A program made the position numbers and the translations under genes. Of a DNA stretch of 64,000 nucleotides, positions 8,587-18,369 are shown piece by piece. Source of the stretch: Clostridia bacterium (GTDB taxonomy: Bacteria; Bacillota; Clostridia; UMGS1840); NCBI GenBank assembly GCA_045638525.1, contig JAZUBQ010000001.1:68438-132437 (forward strand), in the 5' to 3' direction. Each line of letters opens with the position of its first letter. Within the stretch, counting starts at the first letter, position 1. A model generated the notes under the pieces. The model worked only from the letters and a program-made list of their open reading frames with translations, was not told the origin of the DNA and ran no database searches.

Positions 8587-11021
8587 GTTTCACCTATCCA
8601 AATCGTACCAAACAAGCACTCAAGGACATTCATTTCACAGTCAATCAGGGAGAATTTATTTTAATCTGCGGTCAATCCGGATGTGGAAAAAGCACACTGC
8701 TCAGGCTGTTAAAACCTTCCATTTCCCCTTTTGGTGAACTGAGTGGAACCATTTTCTTTTGCGGAAAACCACTGTCAGAATACGACAAACGAGAACAAGC
8801 CGCAAAAATTGGTTTTGTGATGCAAAATCCCGACCATCAGATTGTCACAGACAAAGTATGGCACGAGCTTTCTTTTGGATTGGAAAGCCTGGGCTATTCC
8901 ACAAGCGAAATCCGAACCAGAGTATCCGAAATGGCTTCTTTTTTCGGAATCGGAACCTGGTTTTATAAAGATGTAACCGAACTTTCCGGCGGACAGAAAC
9001 AGCTTCTGAATCTTGCTTCCGTAATGGTTATGCAACCGTCGGTTTTAATTTTAGACGAACCCACCAGTCAGCTTGACCCAATTGCTGCAGGTGAATTTTT
9101 AAAAACCCTTGAAAAAATCAATCGAGAACTGGGAACCACCATTATTTTAACAGAACATCGCTTAGAGGATGCCTTCCCGTTGGCAGACCGAGTTATCGTG
9201 ATGGACGAAGGAAAAATCATTGCCAATGAATCACCGGGCAATATTGGAAAAATCCTGAAAGAAAGCCATCACCCTATGGTTTCTGCACTTCCGACACCTA
9301 TGAGAGTTTACAGCGAAATCGAAAACAAACCGCCCTGTCCCTTAACCATCCGTGACGGGCGGGATTGGTTGCAAACCTATGCCAAAGACCATCCTTTACC
9401 GGTTCAAAAAATTCCGGAGGATGTCCCCCCCTCTGATTCTGAGCCTGTCATCGAAGTAAAAGATGTATGGTTCCGTTATGAAAAAAACGCACCTGATGTG
9501 GTAAAAAATTTCAACTTATGTGTACAAAAAGGAGAACTTTTTTGTTTGCTGGGTGGTAACGGAACCGGTAAAACCACTGCACTTTCCGTAATATCCGGTC
9601 TTCACACCCCCTACAGAGGTCAGGTGCAACTAAAAGGTCAAAACATTTCAAAAATCAAAGGGTTATACGATGGATTATTGGGCGTACTCCCTCAAAATCC
9701 ACAAAGCGTATTTGTGAAACAAACAGTCCTTCTTGATTTACTGGAAATGTTATCCCAACAAAAAACATCCCAAGAAGAAAAAGAAGAAACCGTAAAACAA
9801 ATGGCTTCGCTTTGCCGGATTGAACGTCTGTTGGAAAGCCATCCTTACGATTTGTCCGGCGGAGAGCAACAAAGAGCAGCACTTGCAAAAATTCTTCTGC
9901 TAAAGCCTGAAATCCTGCTGTTAGATGAACCGACAAAAGGAATGGATGCCCGGTTTAAGGAAGAATTTTCTGACATTCTTTTGGATTTGAAACAGAAAGG
10001 TGTCACCATTCTGATGGTCTCCCACGATATTGAGTTCTGTGCAAAATATGCCGACCGATGTGCTCTTGTTTTTGACGGTTCCATCACTTCAAAAGACACG
10101 CCCAGAGCGTTTTTTAAAGGGAAAAATTTCTATACCACCGCAGCAAATCGTATGGCAAGAGGCTGTCTCCCTGATGCAATTTTAGCAGAAGATATCATCG
10201 TAGCCTGCGGCGGAGTTCTCCCAAAAAGAGAAAAAAAGAAAGATAATCTTCCAAAGAAACCTCCCATATCCCAATATACTCCCAAAAAAGAACAAACAAA
10301 AACTCCCAAAGCTTCCCGAAAGCTTCCCAAAAGAACACTTGCGGCAACCCTTTCTGTTCTGGTGCTGATTCCGCTTACATTATATTTTGGAATGTCTCTG
10401 TTTGGGGAGCGTGCCTATTATTTCACAAGCTTACTCATCATCATAGAAACCATCATCCCCTTTTGTATGCTGTTTGAAGCCAGAAAGCCAAAGGCAAGAG
10501 AGCTGATTGTCATCAGCGTTTTATGTGCCTTGGGTGTGGCAGGACGGTCTGCATTTTTTATGATTCCACAGTTTAAACCCGTGGTGGCACTTGTTGTCAT
10601 TGCCGGGGTATGCTTTGGTGGAGAAACGGGATTTTTGGTTGGTGCCATCACCGGATTTGTTTCCAACTTTTTCTTTGGACAAGGTCCATGGGCACCGTGG
10701 CAGATGTTCGCCTTCGGAATGATTGGATTTCTCGCCGGAATCTTGTTTCAAAAAGGTTTTTTAAAAAGGACAAAACTCTTTCTTTGCATATTCGGCTTTT
10801 TGGCAACCTTTTTCATATACGGCGGCATTATGAATCCTGCCTCTGTTATTATGTGGCAAAACCAAATCACCCGGGAGATGATTGCAACTTCTTATGCAAT
10901 GGGATTCTCCTTTGATATCATCCACGCACTCTCCACTGCCTTTTTCTTGTGGTTCCTCTCGGAAGCTATGATTGAAAAGTTAGATAGAATCAAAATCAAA
11001 TACGGTCTGGTGGAAGGATAA
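8559..11021 (+). CDS. Fused ECF-type double ATPase (EcfA-EcfA') with a C-terminal polytopic membrane domain resembling an ECF S component
   Basis: The first ABC cassette has GQSGCGKST, LSGGQKQ and LILDEPTS. The second has GGNGTGKTT, LSGGEQQR and LLLDEPTKGMD. A Lys/Pro-rich linker (about 10220-10330) leads to roughly 220 aa of TM helices (about 10356-11021) containing GQGPWAPWQMFAFGMIGFLAG. AGGAGGTG lies 6 nt upstream, and the gene overlaps the T-component gene by 28 nt. Confidence 0.8.
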   Translation: MENFAVEHVSFTYPNRTKQALKDIHFTVNQGEFILICGQSGCGKSTLLRLLKPSISPFGELSGTIFFCGKPLSEYDKREQAAKIGFVMQNPDHQIVTDKVWHELSFGLESLGYSTSEIRTRVSEMASFFGIGTWFYKDVTELSGGQKQLLNLASVMVMQPSVLILDEPTSQLDPIAAGEFLKTLEKINRELGTTIILTEHRLEDAFPLADRVIVMDEGKIIANESPGNIGKILKESHHPMVSALPTPMRVYSEIENKPPCPLTIRDGRDWLQTYAKDHPLPVQKIPEDVPPSDSEPVIEVKDVWFRYEKNAPDVVKNFNLCVQKGELFCLLGGNGTGKTTALSVISGLHTPYRGQVQLKGQNISKIKGLYDGLLGVLPQNPQSVFVKQTVLLDLLEMLSQQKTSQEEKEETVKQMASLCRIERLLESHPYDLSGGEQQRAALAKILLLKPEILLLDEPTKGMDARFKEEFSDILLDLKQKGVTILMVSHDIEFCAKYADRCALVFDGSITSKDTPRAFFKGKNFYTTAANRMARGCLPDAILAEDIIVACGGVLPKREKKKDNLPKKPPISQYTPKKEQTKTPKASRKLPKRTLAATLSVLVLIPLTLYFGMSLFGERAYYFTSLLIIIETIIPFCMLFEARKPKARELIVISVLCALGVAGRSAFFMIPQFKPVVALVVIAGVCFGGETGFLVGAITGFVSNFFFGQGPWAPWQMFAFGMIGFLAGILFQKGFLKRTKLFLCIFGFLATFFIYGGIMNPASVIMWQNQITREMIATSYAMGFSFDIIHALSTAFFLWFLSEAMIEKLDRIKIKYGLVEG

Positions 11022-11036
11022 ATTTTTTATCACAAA

Positions 11037-11080
11037 ACAAAAACAGGAACGATTTTCAAAAATCGTTCCTGTTTTTTTGC
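11037..11080. terminator. Bidirectional intrinsic terminator between convergent genes
   Basis: Stem acaggaacgattttt / aaaaatcgttcctgt has an A-run on the left and a T7 run on the right. Confidence 0.75.
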
Positions 11081-11087
11081 CTATATT

Positions 11088-12167
11088 CTATTCATAAATA
11101 GATACGGTGCGGGTCGCTCCATCCCATTCAACATTATAGTTGAAGGCTTCTGCCGCCGCTCTTGCGGGAATCAGCGTTCTGCCATCCATAATAATCGGAG
11201 GAGAATCCAACTCGTAATATCCGTTACCGAAAGAATTTCTCATATAATCTCTGCCAATTACAAATTCAGCAAACACGTATCCCCTCGTAGGTGCATACCA
11301 TTTTTCTGCCAAAACTCTCTGCTCTGCCTGATTCCATTCTACTGTTGCTCCCAAGGCTTCAAAAATTGCTCTTAGGGGAACCATCGTTCTGGAATTTATT
11401 ATCTGTGGCTGAACATCAAACTGCACTTTTTGCCCGTTAACAACCACTGTAATTTCATCTTGATTCAATTTCATGTCCTCTTGAAAATGAATGGTGGCGT
11501 TGGTCAGACAAGAATTATTTTTCCCAATCAAAACAGCATCCCACTGCTCTTTTGTTCCCATAAAATACACATTCTGCAAGTTATCACATTCACGAAATGC
11601 ATGGTCTCCAATGGTTTCAATACTGCCGCCAATGGTCACATCGGTCAAATTTTTGCAAGCATAAAATGCTTTATTGCCAATCGTTTTAATTCCATTCCCA
11701 AAGGTCACACGAGTGAGATTCTGACAATCGCTAAACGAAGAAGATCCAATCGAAGTGAGGCTATCGGGAAAAACAAGTTCACTCAGCCCATTGCAACCAA
11801 CAAACGCTGTATTCCCAATCGTTTCCAAACCGTTTCCAAAGTTCACTCGTGATAAAGATGCAAGATTCTGAAATGCAGCATTTCCAATCGTGGTAACATT
11901 ATCCGAAATGTTCACTTCCTCTACATTGTGGCAACCGTAAAACGCTGTAAAATCGATGGTTGTCACAGGATAACCGTCTAACATATCCGGAATGGTCACA
12001 GAGCCGCTGACAGCGGGATCGCATTCTTCAATCAGTATTTCCTCATTATTCCTAATCGCGTAGGCAAAAATTCCGCTTATTTTCGCAGAAACACTCAGCG
12101 TGGTCAACGAAACAAAAGCGATAGTCAAAACCATCGTAATCAGTAAACTCAATAATTTCTTTTTCAT
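11088..12167 (-). CDS. Secreted LRR (BspA-type) protein with a C-terminal copper-amine-oxidase-N-terminal-like (stalk) domain
   Basis: Has a signal peptide MKKKLLSLLITMVLTIAFVSLTTLSVSA and LRR units NVTTIGNAAFQNLASLSRVNF. The C-terminus VNGQKVQFDVQPQIINSRTMVPLRAIFEALGATVEWN ... MDGRTLIPARAAAEAFNYNVEWD is typical of the Cu_amine_oxidN1 fold. Confidence 0.7.
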   Translation of the reverse strand: MKKKLLSLLITMVLTIAFVSLTTLSVSAKISGIFAYAIRNNEEILIEECDPAVSGSVTIPDMLDGYPVTTIDFTAFYGCHNVEEVNISDNVTTIGNAAFQNLASLSRVNFGNGLETIGNTAFVGCNGLSELVFPDSLTSIGSSSFSDCQNLTRVTFGNGIKTIGNKAFYACKNLTDVTIGGSIETIGDHAFRECDNLQNVYFMGTKEQWDAVLIGKNNSCLTNATIHFQEDMKLNQDEITVVVNGQKVQFDVQPQIINSRTMVPLRAIFEALGATVEWNQAEQRVLAEKWYAPTRGYVFAEFVIGRDYMRNSFGNGYYELDSPPIIMDGRTLIPARAAAEAFNYNVEWDGATRTVSIYE

Positions 12168-12262
12168 TGGGGGTCCCCTCCTGCATGATAGAATATTTTG
12201 ATGATGTTATTTTATGGAATGATTTCCTAACTAAGCGATGAAGTTCACTGATTCTGCGCCTT

Positions 12263-12844
12263 TTATCGAGCCTTCCCGAAGAACAGGGGGGAGAGTCGTT
12301 TATAAAGCACAAAAGCAAATGCCACGTTAATAAGTCCCTTTATTAGAGTGAAGGGGAAGTTCATATAGATTAAGGCAGTCCAGAGATTGGTGACGTTGGG
12401 GTTGATTGCCTGATACATTTTGATAATGGTTTCCATGGGAAGCATAGCGGTATACATGGGATATACCAAATAATAATTGGTGAAAACCCCTACAAATGCC
12501 ATAGAAAATGCACCGGCTAAAGAACCGAAAATTGCACTTTTTAAGTTTCGCTTCACTTGATAGAGCCATGCGGCAGGAACTACAAAGAGTACGCCAAGTA
12601 AGAAATTGGAAGTCGCACCCACAAATCCGGCACTGCCAAAGAACAAATTAAACAATATGTTTTTGATGAAACATACAGCTACAGCATACCAGGGTCCAAA
12701 GGCAAAACCTGCCAGTAATGCCGGCAAATCCGAAAAATCAAGCTTGATAAAACCCGGCATCAGCGGAATGGAAAAGCCAATTAAAGATAAAGCGATTGAC
12801 ACGGCGGCAAGCATTGCCGTCACGGTGAGTTTTCTGGTTTTCAT
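12263..12844 (-). CDS. ribU: ECF transporter S component, riboflavin-type (RibU-like)
   Basis: A 193-aa six-TM protein starting MKTRKLTVTAMLAAVSIALSLIGFSIPLMPGFIKLDFSDLPALLAGFAFGP. It is directly preceded by an FMN riboswitch. Confidence 0.8.
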   Translation of the reverse strand: MKTRKLTVTAMLAAVSIALSLIGFSIPLMPGFIKLDFSDLPALLAGFAFGPWYAVAVCFIKNILFNLFFGSAGFVGATSNFLLGVLFVVPAAWLYQVKRNLKSAIFGSLAGAFSMAFVGVFTNYYLVYPMYTAMLPMETIIKMYQAINPNVTNLWTALIYMNFPFTLIKGLINVAFAFVLYKRLSPLFFGKAR

Positions 12845-12855
12845 AATGTAGATTT

Positions 12856-12996
12856 CCTTTCTTTCTTCCTGACTGTAACGGTCGGTATTGGAATTTCACC
12901 AATTCAGCCTTTTTAGAAAAAAGGCGGGTGGACTGTCCGCAGGTTTCGTTAAAACTGCGCTTACCACCGGTCGGGAATTTCACCCTGCCCTGAAAG
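12856..12996 (-). promoter_or_regulatory. FMN riboswitch (RFN element)
   Basis: The minus strand reads tcAGGGCAGGGTGAAATTCCCGACCGGTGGTaagcgcag ... GGTGAAATTCCAATACCGACcgttACAGTCaGGAAGAAAG, matching the conserved RFN cores. Its 3' end abuts the AAAGGA RBS of ribU. Confidence 0.85.
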
Positions 12997-13044
12997 TTTA
13001 TTTTTTTATTTTTTATTTTTTCAATATTTTTAATTTTCCCAAGC

Positions 13045-13977
13045 TTAATCTACCACATAAAGCTTAATGGTTTTTTCCTCGGTGGTTATAATATCTTCGG
13101 GAAGCTTTAAGGTAACGGTATAGGAAGCATTGGAATTTTCGGGGTCATAATCGTTGATATAGCCACCGATTTCCGTCACAGAATCAATCAGAGATTCTTT
13201 TCCTGCAATTTCAATTTGCTCCTGATTTAAGTTAAAGGTTAACTCATCAGGAAGATTTTTAATAACAATGGGAACCGTTTTTCGTTTTAAGATGGGAACC
13301 TGAACCGTAATGGATTCGTTGGCAATCTTTAAAAATTTATCGGTAACTTCTTCCCCTTTGGAATCCACTGCAATCCCTGTAAATTCGTTATAAATTTCTG
13401 ATTTTACATTGGTCATATCCAAATGAACCACAACTTCACTGATTTTGGATTCCACAAGCTCCGGAACTCTGACGGTTGCCATTTCGGGAGAAATCATAAT
13501 GTTGTTTTTGTCAATATAATAATCCGGATGCAAGGTTCCGTCATAGGAAAGTTTGATGGGTTTCTGAGTGGAAATAATCCGATCCACGTACAAAGAAACC
13601 GTGGAAGGGCTTTTGGAAACCACTGTAATATTACCGTCCTCGGAGCGGACTCTCACAGGGAAGGAATATTCGCCCACCGCTTTTGCAGTGGAAACATCCA
13701 CATAAGCCGACAAACTTCCCGGATCAAATGTATTTAAGTAAGAACGTTTGGTGGAGATGGTCAAATTGGTTTTCAGATTTTTCGGAGCAGCGCTGATAAC
13801 ATAGCCTTCACTGTTGATATCAGCTTCCCCTGTAATGGAAATGGGAACCTCGTAAGCATCATAGCTCAGCTCCGGATTTTGTGCCAGTTGTACGAAGGCC
13901 CACAGTAAAATTGCCAGAATAAGCGAAAAGATTTTGAGCGCAGTATTATGCCGAATGACATCTAAAAAATTTTTCAT
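13045..13977 (-). CDS. cdaR: YbbR-domain protein, probable diadenylate cyclase regulator CdaR
   Basis: An N-terminal TM anchor is followed by repeated beta-rich YbbR-like segments. It lies immediately downstream of cdaA, in the conserved cdaA-cdaR order. Confidence 0.7.
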   Translation of the reverse strand: MKNFLDVIRHNTALKIFSLILAILLWAFVQLAQNPELSYDAYEVPISITGEADINSEGYVISAAPKNLKTNLTISTKRSYLNTFDPGSLSAYVDVSTAKAVGEYSFPVRVRSEDGNITVVSKSPSTVSLYVDRIISTQKPIKLSYDGTLHPDYYIDKNNIMISPEMATVRVPELVESKISEVVVHLDMTNVKSEIYNEFTGIAVDSKGEEVTDKFLKIANESITVQVPILKRKTVPIVIKNLPDELTFNLNQEQIEIAGKESLIDSVTEIGGYINDYDPENSNASYTVTLKLPEDIITTEEKTIKLYVVD

Positions 13978-14025
13978 AAGGACCTCCTATCTTAGATTTT
14001 TTATTTTCTGATTTTTTTATTTTTT

Positions 14026-14877
14026 TTATTTTTTTATTTTTCCAACAAATTTTTTAAGATTCACTTTTTTATTGGTTTTTTCTTCTTTGATTAAAAGTTT
14101 GGTGAGTGCTTCTTTCAATACCACGGGGCTTAAATTTCTGGTTAAACCGCCGTTACAAGCCAGAGAAATCTTCCCGGTTTCTTCCGAAACAATAACAGTG
14201 ATACAGTCGCTTCCCTCGGTAATCCCCAGACCTGCACGATGACGGGTTCCCAGTTCCGATTCCAGGCTGTCATTTTGCGACAAAGGCAAAAAGCAGGAAG
14301 CCGCTTTAATTTTCCCGTCTCCAATGATGACCGCACCGTCGTGCAGGGGAGCTTTGGGATAGAAAATATTATTAAGAAGCTCGGTGGACACCTGCGCATC
14401 CAACGCAACTCCCGTTCTTACGATATCCATAATTTTGGTGGCCTGCTCAATTACAATCAATGCCCCGATTTTCTTTTCGGACAAAGCTTTTGCAGATGCC
14501 GTTACGGCGTTAATCACATTCACCACAGGGTCAGAATGAGCTTCCAGATCAAAATTTAAAAGGCTCAATCGGCTTTTGCCCACTCTTGCCAAAGCAGAAC
14601 GAATTTCCGGCTGAAACAGAATAAATACCGCCAACAGCCCCACCTGCATGGTGTTTTGCAAAATAAAGTTGATGGTGTTTAGCTTAAACATTTCCGATAA
14701 CTGCACACAAACCATCAACACCACAATGCCTTTTAACACCTGAACGGCACGGGTATCTTTAAAAAACTTTGCAATTTTATAAATCAGATAGGCAACAACC
14801 AAAATATCCACATAATCCGCCAAACGCATTGTGGATAGCATTGTCAGGCCTGATGGAATATTAAAATGGAACGGCAT
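14026..14877 (-). CDS. cdaA: Diadenylate cyclase CdaA (DisA_N domain, membrane-anchored)
   Basis: Three N-terminal TM helices are followed by the motifs HDGAVII, LGTRHRAGLGITE and VIVSEETGKIS. I moved the start to the ATG at 14877 (GGAGGTG 6 nt upstream); the ORF-track start is an upstream TTG. Confidence 0.85.
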   Translation of the reverse strand: MPFHFNIPSGLTMLSTMRLADYVDILVVAYLIYKIAKFFKDTRAVQVLKGIVVLMVCVQLSEMFKLNTINFILQNTMQVGLLAVFILFQPEIRSALARVGKSRLSLLNFDLEAHSDPVVNVINAVTASAKALSEKKIGALIVIEQATKIMDIVRTGVALDAQVSTELLNNIFYPKAPLHDGAVIIGDGKIKAASCFLPLSQNDSLESELGTRHRAGLGITEGSDCITVIVSEETGKISLACNGGLTRNLSPVVLKEALTKLLIKEEKTNKKVNLKKFVGKIKK

Positions 14878-15115
14878 TTTTTCACCTCCGGTCAACAATC
14901 TGTCAAATCATTTTATACGAAGTCATTTTTATTATACTACTTACTATGTGAATTGTCACGGATTTTTTTATTACATTTATGTTACAATTTCATCATGTAT
15001 TTTTCCGAAGAATCAGGTAATACTATGGTTAGCTTTTTCATACAGAACACCGGAAACCAGCATTTTTTCAGCAAATATTTCAGGAACAAAAACACCCAAA
15101 AAAGGAGAATTACAG

Positions 15116-16366
15116 TTGCCAAACTTCGAAATCAAAGGAAAACGCCCAATCGCCGGAACAGTTGCGGTGCAAGGTTCGAAAAATGCGGCACTTCCCATTC
15201 TTGCCGCAACACTGTTATGTAATCAAGATTGCAAATTAAACAACATACCGCCGATTTCGGATATTTCCAATATGCAGATTTTGCTTGCAACCACCGGAAA
15301 ACAAATCACGCAAAATAATCGCAGTTATCTTTGTGAGGCATCTCAGGAAATTTCGCCTTTTGCTTCTTATGACATCACCCACCGTCTGCGTGCCTCGTTT
15401 TTAGTAGCAGGTCCGTTACTTGCCAAACAGGGATATGCAGAAATTGCCTATCCGGGCGGTTGCCCAATCGGTGCCAGACCGGTGGATTTGCATTTGAAAG
15501 GTTTTGAAAAACTGGGGGCATCCATTCACACCAAAAACGGCTACATTTCGCTAAAAGCCTCCCGTCTGAAAGGCAATAAAATTTATCTGGATTTTCCCAG
15601 TGTGGGTGCCACAGAAAATTTAATGATGGCGGCAAGTCTGGCAAAAGGGACTACCTTGATTGAAAATGCCGCTGCAGAGCCTGAAATCAAAGACCTTGCT
15701 GATTTTCTCAATAAAATGGGTGCAAAAATTTCGGGTGCCGGAACAAACAGTATTAAAATTGAAGGCGTTTGCTCATTACAAGGCGGCGAACACACCATCA
15801 TCCCCGACCGAATTGAAGCAGGAACCTATATGCTTGCGGCAGCTGCCACCGGCGGAAAAATCACCCTCAATAACGTTATCAGCGAACATTTAAAGCCGGT
15901 CATTTGTAAGTTAAAGGATACCGGCACTTTGGTATCCTCCACAGAGGATTCCGTCACGGTAGAAGGAAAAGGCAGCTACAATGCTGTTGATATCAAAACC
16001 CTTCCTTATCCCGGATTTCCAACCGATTTACAGTCGCAATTCTGTGCAATGCTGTGCTGTGCGAAAGGAACTTCCATCATTACGGAAACTATTTTTGAAA
16101 ATCGTCTGATGCATATTGGGGAACTAAAACGGCTGGGTGCACAGATTACCACCGAGGGGCGGACTGCCATCATCGAGGGAGTTTCCCACTTAAACGGTGC
16201 TCAGGTTTGCGCCAGTGATTTACGGGCATCAGCCTCTTTAATCATTGCAGGGTTGATGGCAGAAGGAACCACCATTGTTTCCGATAGCGGTCATTTGCTT
16301 CGGGGATATCATAATATTGTGGAAAACTTAAAAACTTTGGGAGCCCAGATTGAAATTTTGCCATAA
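15116..16366 (+). CDS. murA: UDP-N-acetylglucosamine 1-carboxyvinyltransferase MurA
   Basis: Contains VQGSKNAALPILAATLL and the active-site loop YPGGCPIGARPVDLH. The length (416 aa) fits MurA only if translation starts at the in-frame TTG at 15116, which is preceded by AAAGGAGA. The 95-codon upstream extension in the ORF track looks non-coding (AT-rich, no homology). Confidence 0.85.
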   Translation: MPNFEIKGKRPIAGTVAVQGSKNAALPILAATLLCNQDCKLNNIPPISDISNMQILLATTGKQITQNNRSYLCEASQEISPFASYDITHRLRASFLVAGPLLAKQGYAEIAYPGGCPIGARPVDLHLKGFEKLGASIHTKNGYISLKASRLKGNKIYLDFPSVGATENLMMAASLAKGTTLIENAAAEPEIKDLADFLNKMGAKISGAGTNSIKIEGVCSLQGGEHTIIPDRIEAGTYMLAAAATGGKITLNNVISEHLKPVICKLKDTGTLVSSTEDSVTVEGKGSYNAVDIKTLPYPGFPTDLQSQFCAMLCCAKGTSIITETIFENRLMHIGELKRLGAQITTEGRTAIIEGVSHLNGAQVCASDLRASASLIIAGLMAEGTTIVSDSGHLLRGYHNIVENLKTLGAQIEILP

Positions 16367-16410
16367 AATCATGACCACTACTTCAACTATCGCATGATTT
16401 TCATTATACA

Positions 16411-16440
16411 AAAAAAGTCTCACCGAAGTGAGACTTTTTT
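16411..16440. terminator. Bidirectional terminator between murA and pck
   Basis: Structure aaaaaaGTCTCACcgaaGTGAGACtttttt. Confidence 0.75.
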
Positions 16441-16457
16441 CTATAACACAGTGGTTA

Positions 16458-18209
16458 TTATTTGTTTAATCTTGCTTTTAAGCCTTCCAGCTCAGCTGCC
16501 AGTTCTTTGGGCAGTCTGTCGCCGAATTTTGCGAAGAATTCGCCGATACCTTTGGTTTCTTCTAACCAAACGTCTTTGTCAACGCTTAACAGTTCGTCTA
16601 ATACTTCATCGGAAATATCCAGACCGGTTAAGTCTAAATCTTCTTTTTTGGGCAGGTAACCGATTTCAGTTTCAACTGCATCAACTTCGCCTGCACATCT
16701 TGCTAAGATCCAGTTTAACACACGAACGTTGTCACCGAATCCGGGCCAGATGAATTTGCCGTCAGCATTGGTTCTGAACCAGTTAACGTGGAAGATTAAG
16801 GGCAGTTTGTCGGTTTTGGTTCCCATATCCAACCAGTGCTGGAAGTAGTCACCCATATTGTAACCACAGAAGGGAATCATAGCCATGGGGTCACGACGAA
16901 CTACACCAACTGCACCTGCAGCTGCTGCGGTAGTTTCAGAAGCCATGGTAGCACCCATGAATACACCGTGGTTCCAGTTGAAGGACTGGTATACCAGCGG
17001 AGCGGTTTTCGCACGTCTGCCACCAAATACGATTGCGGACAGCGGTACACCTTCGGTAGATTCAAATTCAGAAGAGATACAGGGACACTGACAAGCAGGA
17101 GCGGTGAATCTGGAGTTGGGATGAGCACCTTTTACGCCGGATTCGGGAGTCCAGGGGTTACCCAGCCAGTCGGTACCGGTTGCCGGAGCTTCGCCATCCA
17201 TACCTTCCCACCATACGGTGTTGTCATCTTTCAAGAATACGTTGGTGAAGATGGTGTTTTTCATAGTGGTTGCCAATGCGTTGGGGTTGGTTTTGTTAGA
17301 AGTACCGGGAGCAACGCCGAAGAAACCTGCTTCGGGGTTCATAGCCCACAGTCTGCCGTCTTTACCAACACGGATCCAAGCGATGTCATCACCTACGGTA
17401 TATACTTTGTAACCTTTTAAGATAGAGGGAGGAATTAACATTGCCAAGTTGGTTTTACCACAAGCAGAGGGGAACGCTGCAGCAATGTATTTCACTTCGC
17501 CTTTGGGATTTTCTAAGCCTAAGATCAGCATATGTTCTGCCATCCAGCCTTCTTTTTTACCCAGGTAGCTTGCAATTCGGAGTGCCAGACATTTTTTACC
17601 TAAGAGAACGTTTCCGCCGTATGCGGAGTTGATGCTCCAGATGGTGTTGTCCTGCGGGAAGTGCATAATATATCTTTCATCGGGGTTTACATCTTTACAA
17701 GCGTGTAAACATTTGGTGAAATCTGCGCTGTCACCCAGCTGTTTTTCAGCCTGGATACCAACACGGGTCATAATAGCCATGTTTAATACAACATAGATGC
17801 TGTCAGTGATTTCGATACCAACTTTAGAGAAGGGAGAACCTAATACACCCATGATGAAAGGAATTACATACATGGTTTTGCCAGCCATAGAGCCGTCAAA
17901 TAATTTACCTAATTTTTCATAAGCAGCTTTGGGATCCATCCAGTTGTTGGTGGGACCTGCTTCTTCTTCGCTCGTTGCACAGATGAAAGTTCTGTCTTCT
18001 ACACGAGCAACGTCGTTCTGAGCGGTTCTGTGATAGAAACATCCGGGTAATTTTTCCTGGTCTAATCTGATGATTTCACCGGATTTGCAAGACTGTTCTC
18101 TTAAGCTTTCCAGCTGTTCTTCAGAACCGTCAATCCATACTACGTTAGCGGGTTTTACCAGGTTTTTCATTTCTTCAACCCAGCTTAACACAAATTTGTT
18201 GTCTGTCAT
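16458..18209 (-). CDS. pck: Phosphoenolpyruvate carboxykinase (GTP)
   Basis: A 583-aa protein with the GTP-PEPCK kinase-1a loop FPSACGKTNLAML, plus WMAEHMLILG and GVAPGTS blocks. Confidence 0.9.
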   Translation of the reverse strand: MTDNKFVLSWVEEMKNLVKPANVVWIDGSEEQLESLREQSCKSGEIIRLDQEKLPGCFYHRTAQNDVARVEDRTFICATSEEEAGPTNNWMDPKAAYEKLGKLFDGSMAGKTMYVIPFIMGVLGSPFSKVGIEITDSIYVVLNMAIMTRVGIQAEKQLGDSADFTKCLHACKDVNPDERYIMHFPQDNTIWSINSAYGGNVLLGKKCLALRIASYLGKKEGWMAEHMLILGLENPKGEVKYIAAAFPSACGKTNLAMLIPPSILKGYKVYTVGDDIAWIRVGKDGRLWAMNPEAGFFGVAPGTSNKTNPNALATTMKNTIFTNVFLKDDNTVWWEGMDGEAPATGTDWLGNPWTPESGVKGAHPNSRFTAPACQCPCISSEFESTEGVPLSAIVFGGRRAKTAPLVYQSFNWNHGVFMGATMASETTAAAAGAVGVVRRDPMAMIPFCGYNMGDYFQHWLDMGTKTDKLPLIFHVNWFRTNADGKFIWPGFGDNVRVLNWILARCAGEVDAVETEIGYLPKKEDLDLTGLDISDEVLDELLSVDKDVWLEETKGIGEFFAKFGDRLPKELAAELEGLKARLNK

Positions 18210-18369
18210 TTCTAAAGACTCCTTTACAATTTTATATCATATATTTTTAATCATTTTTCGGGCAATGGCTTTTAAAAAAATCCTATTCTCAGCCATTGTA
18301 CCACTAACTATATCACACTTTCCTGTTTTTTGCAAGTGTTTTTTGAAATTTTTTTTGATTTTTTATTGG

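Noticed and set aside
12738-12983. An 81-aa minus-strand ORF upstream of and overlapping ribU, and a 60-aa ORF at 6792-6974.
   Set aside because: Both fall inside riboswitch aptamers (FMN and cobalamin respectively) whose conserved RNA cores are clearly recognisable. Neither has an RBS or protein-like composition.
14831-15115. A 95-codon N-terminal extension of the murA ORF in the six-frame track.
   Set aside because: The extension overlaps the cdaA start region, is AT-rich and low-complexity, and has no MurA homology. An in-frame TTG at 15116 with an AAAGGAGA RBS gives a canonical 416-aa MurA.
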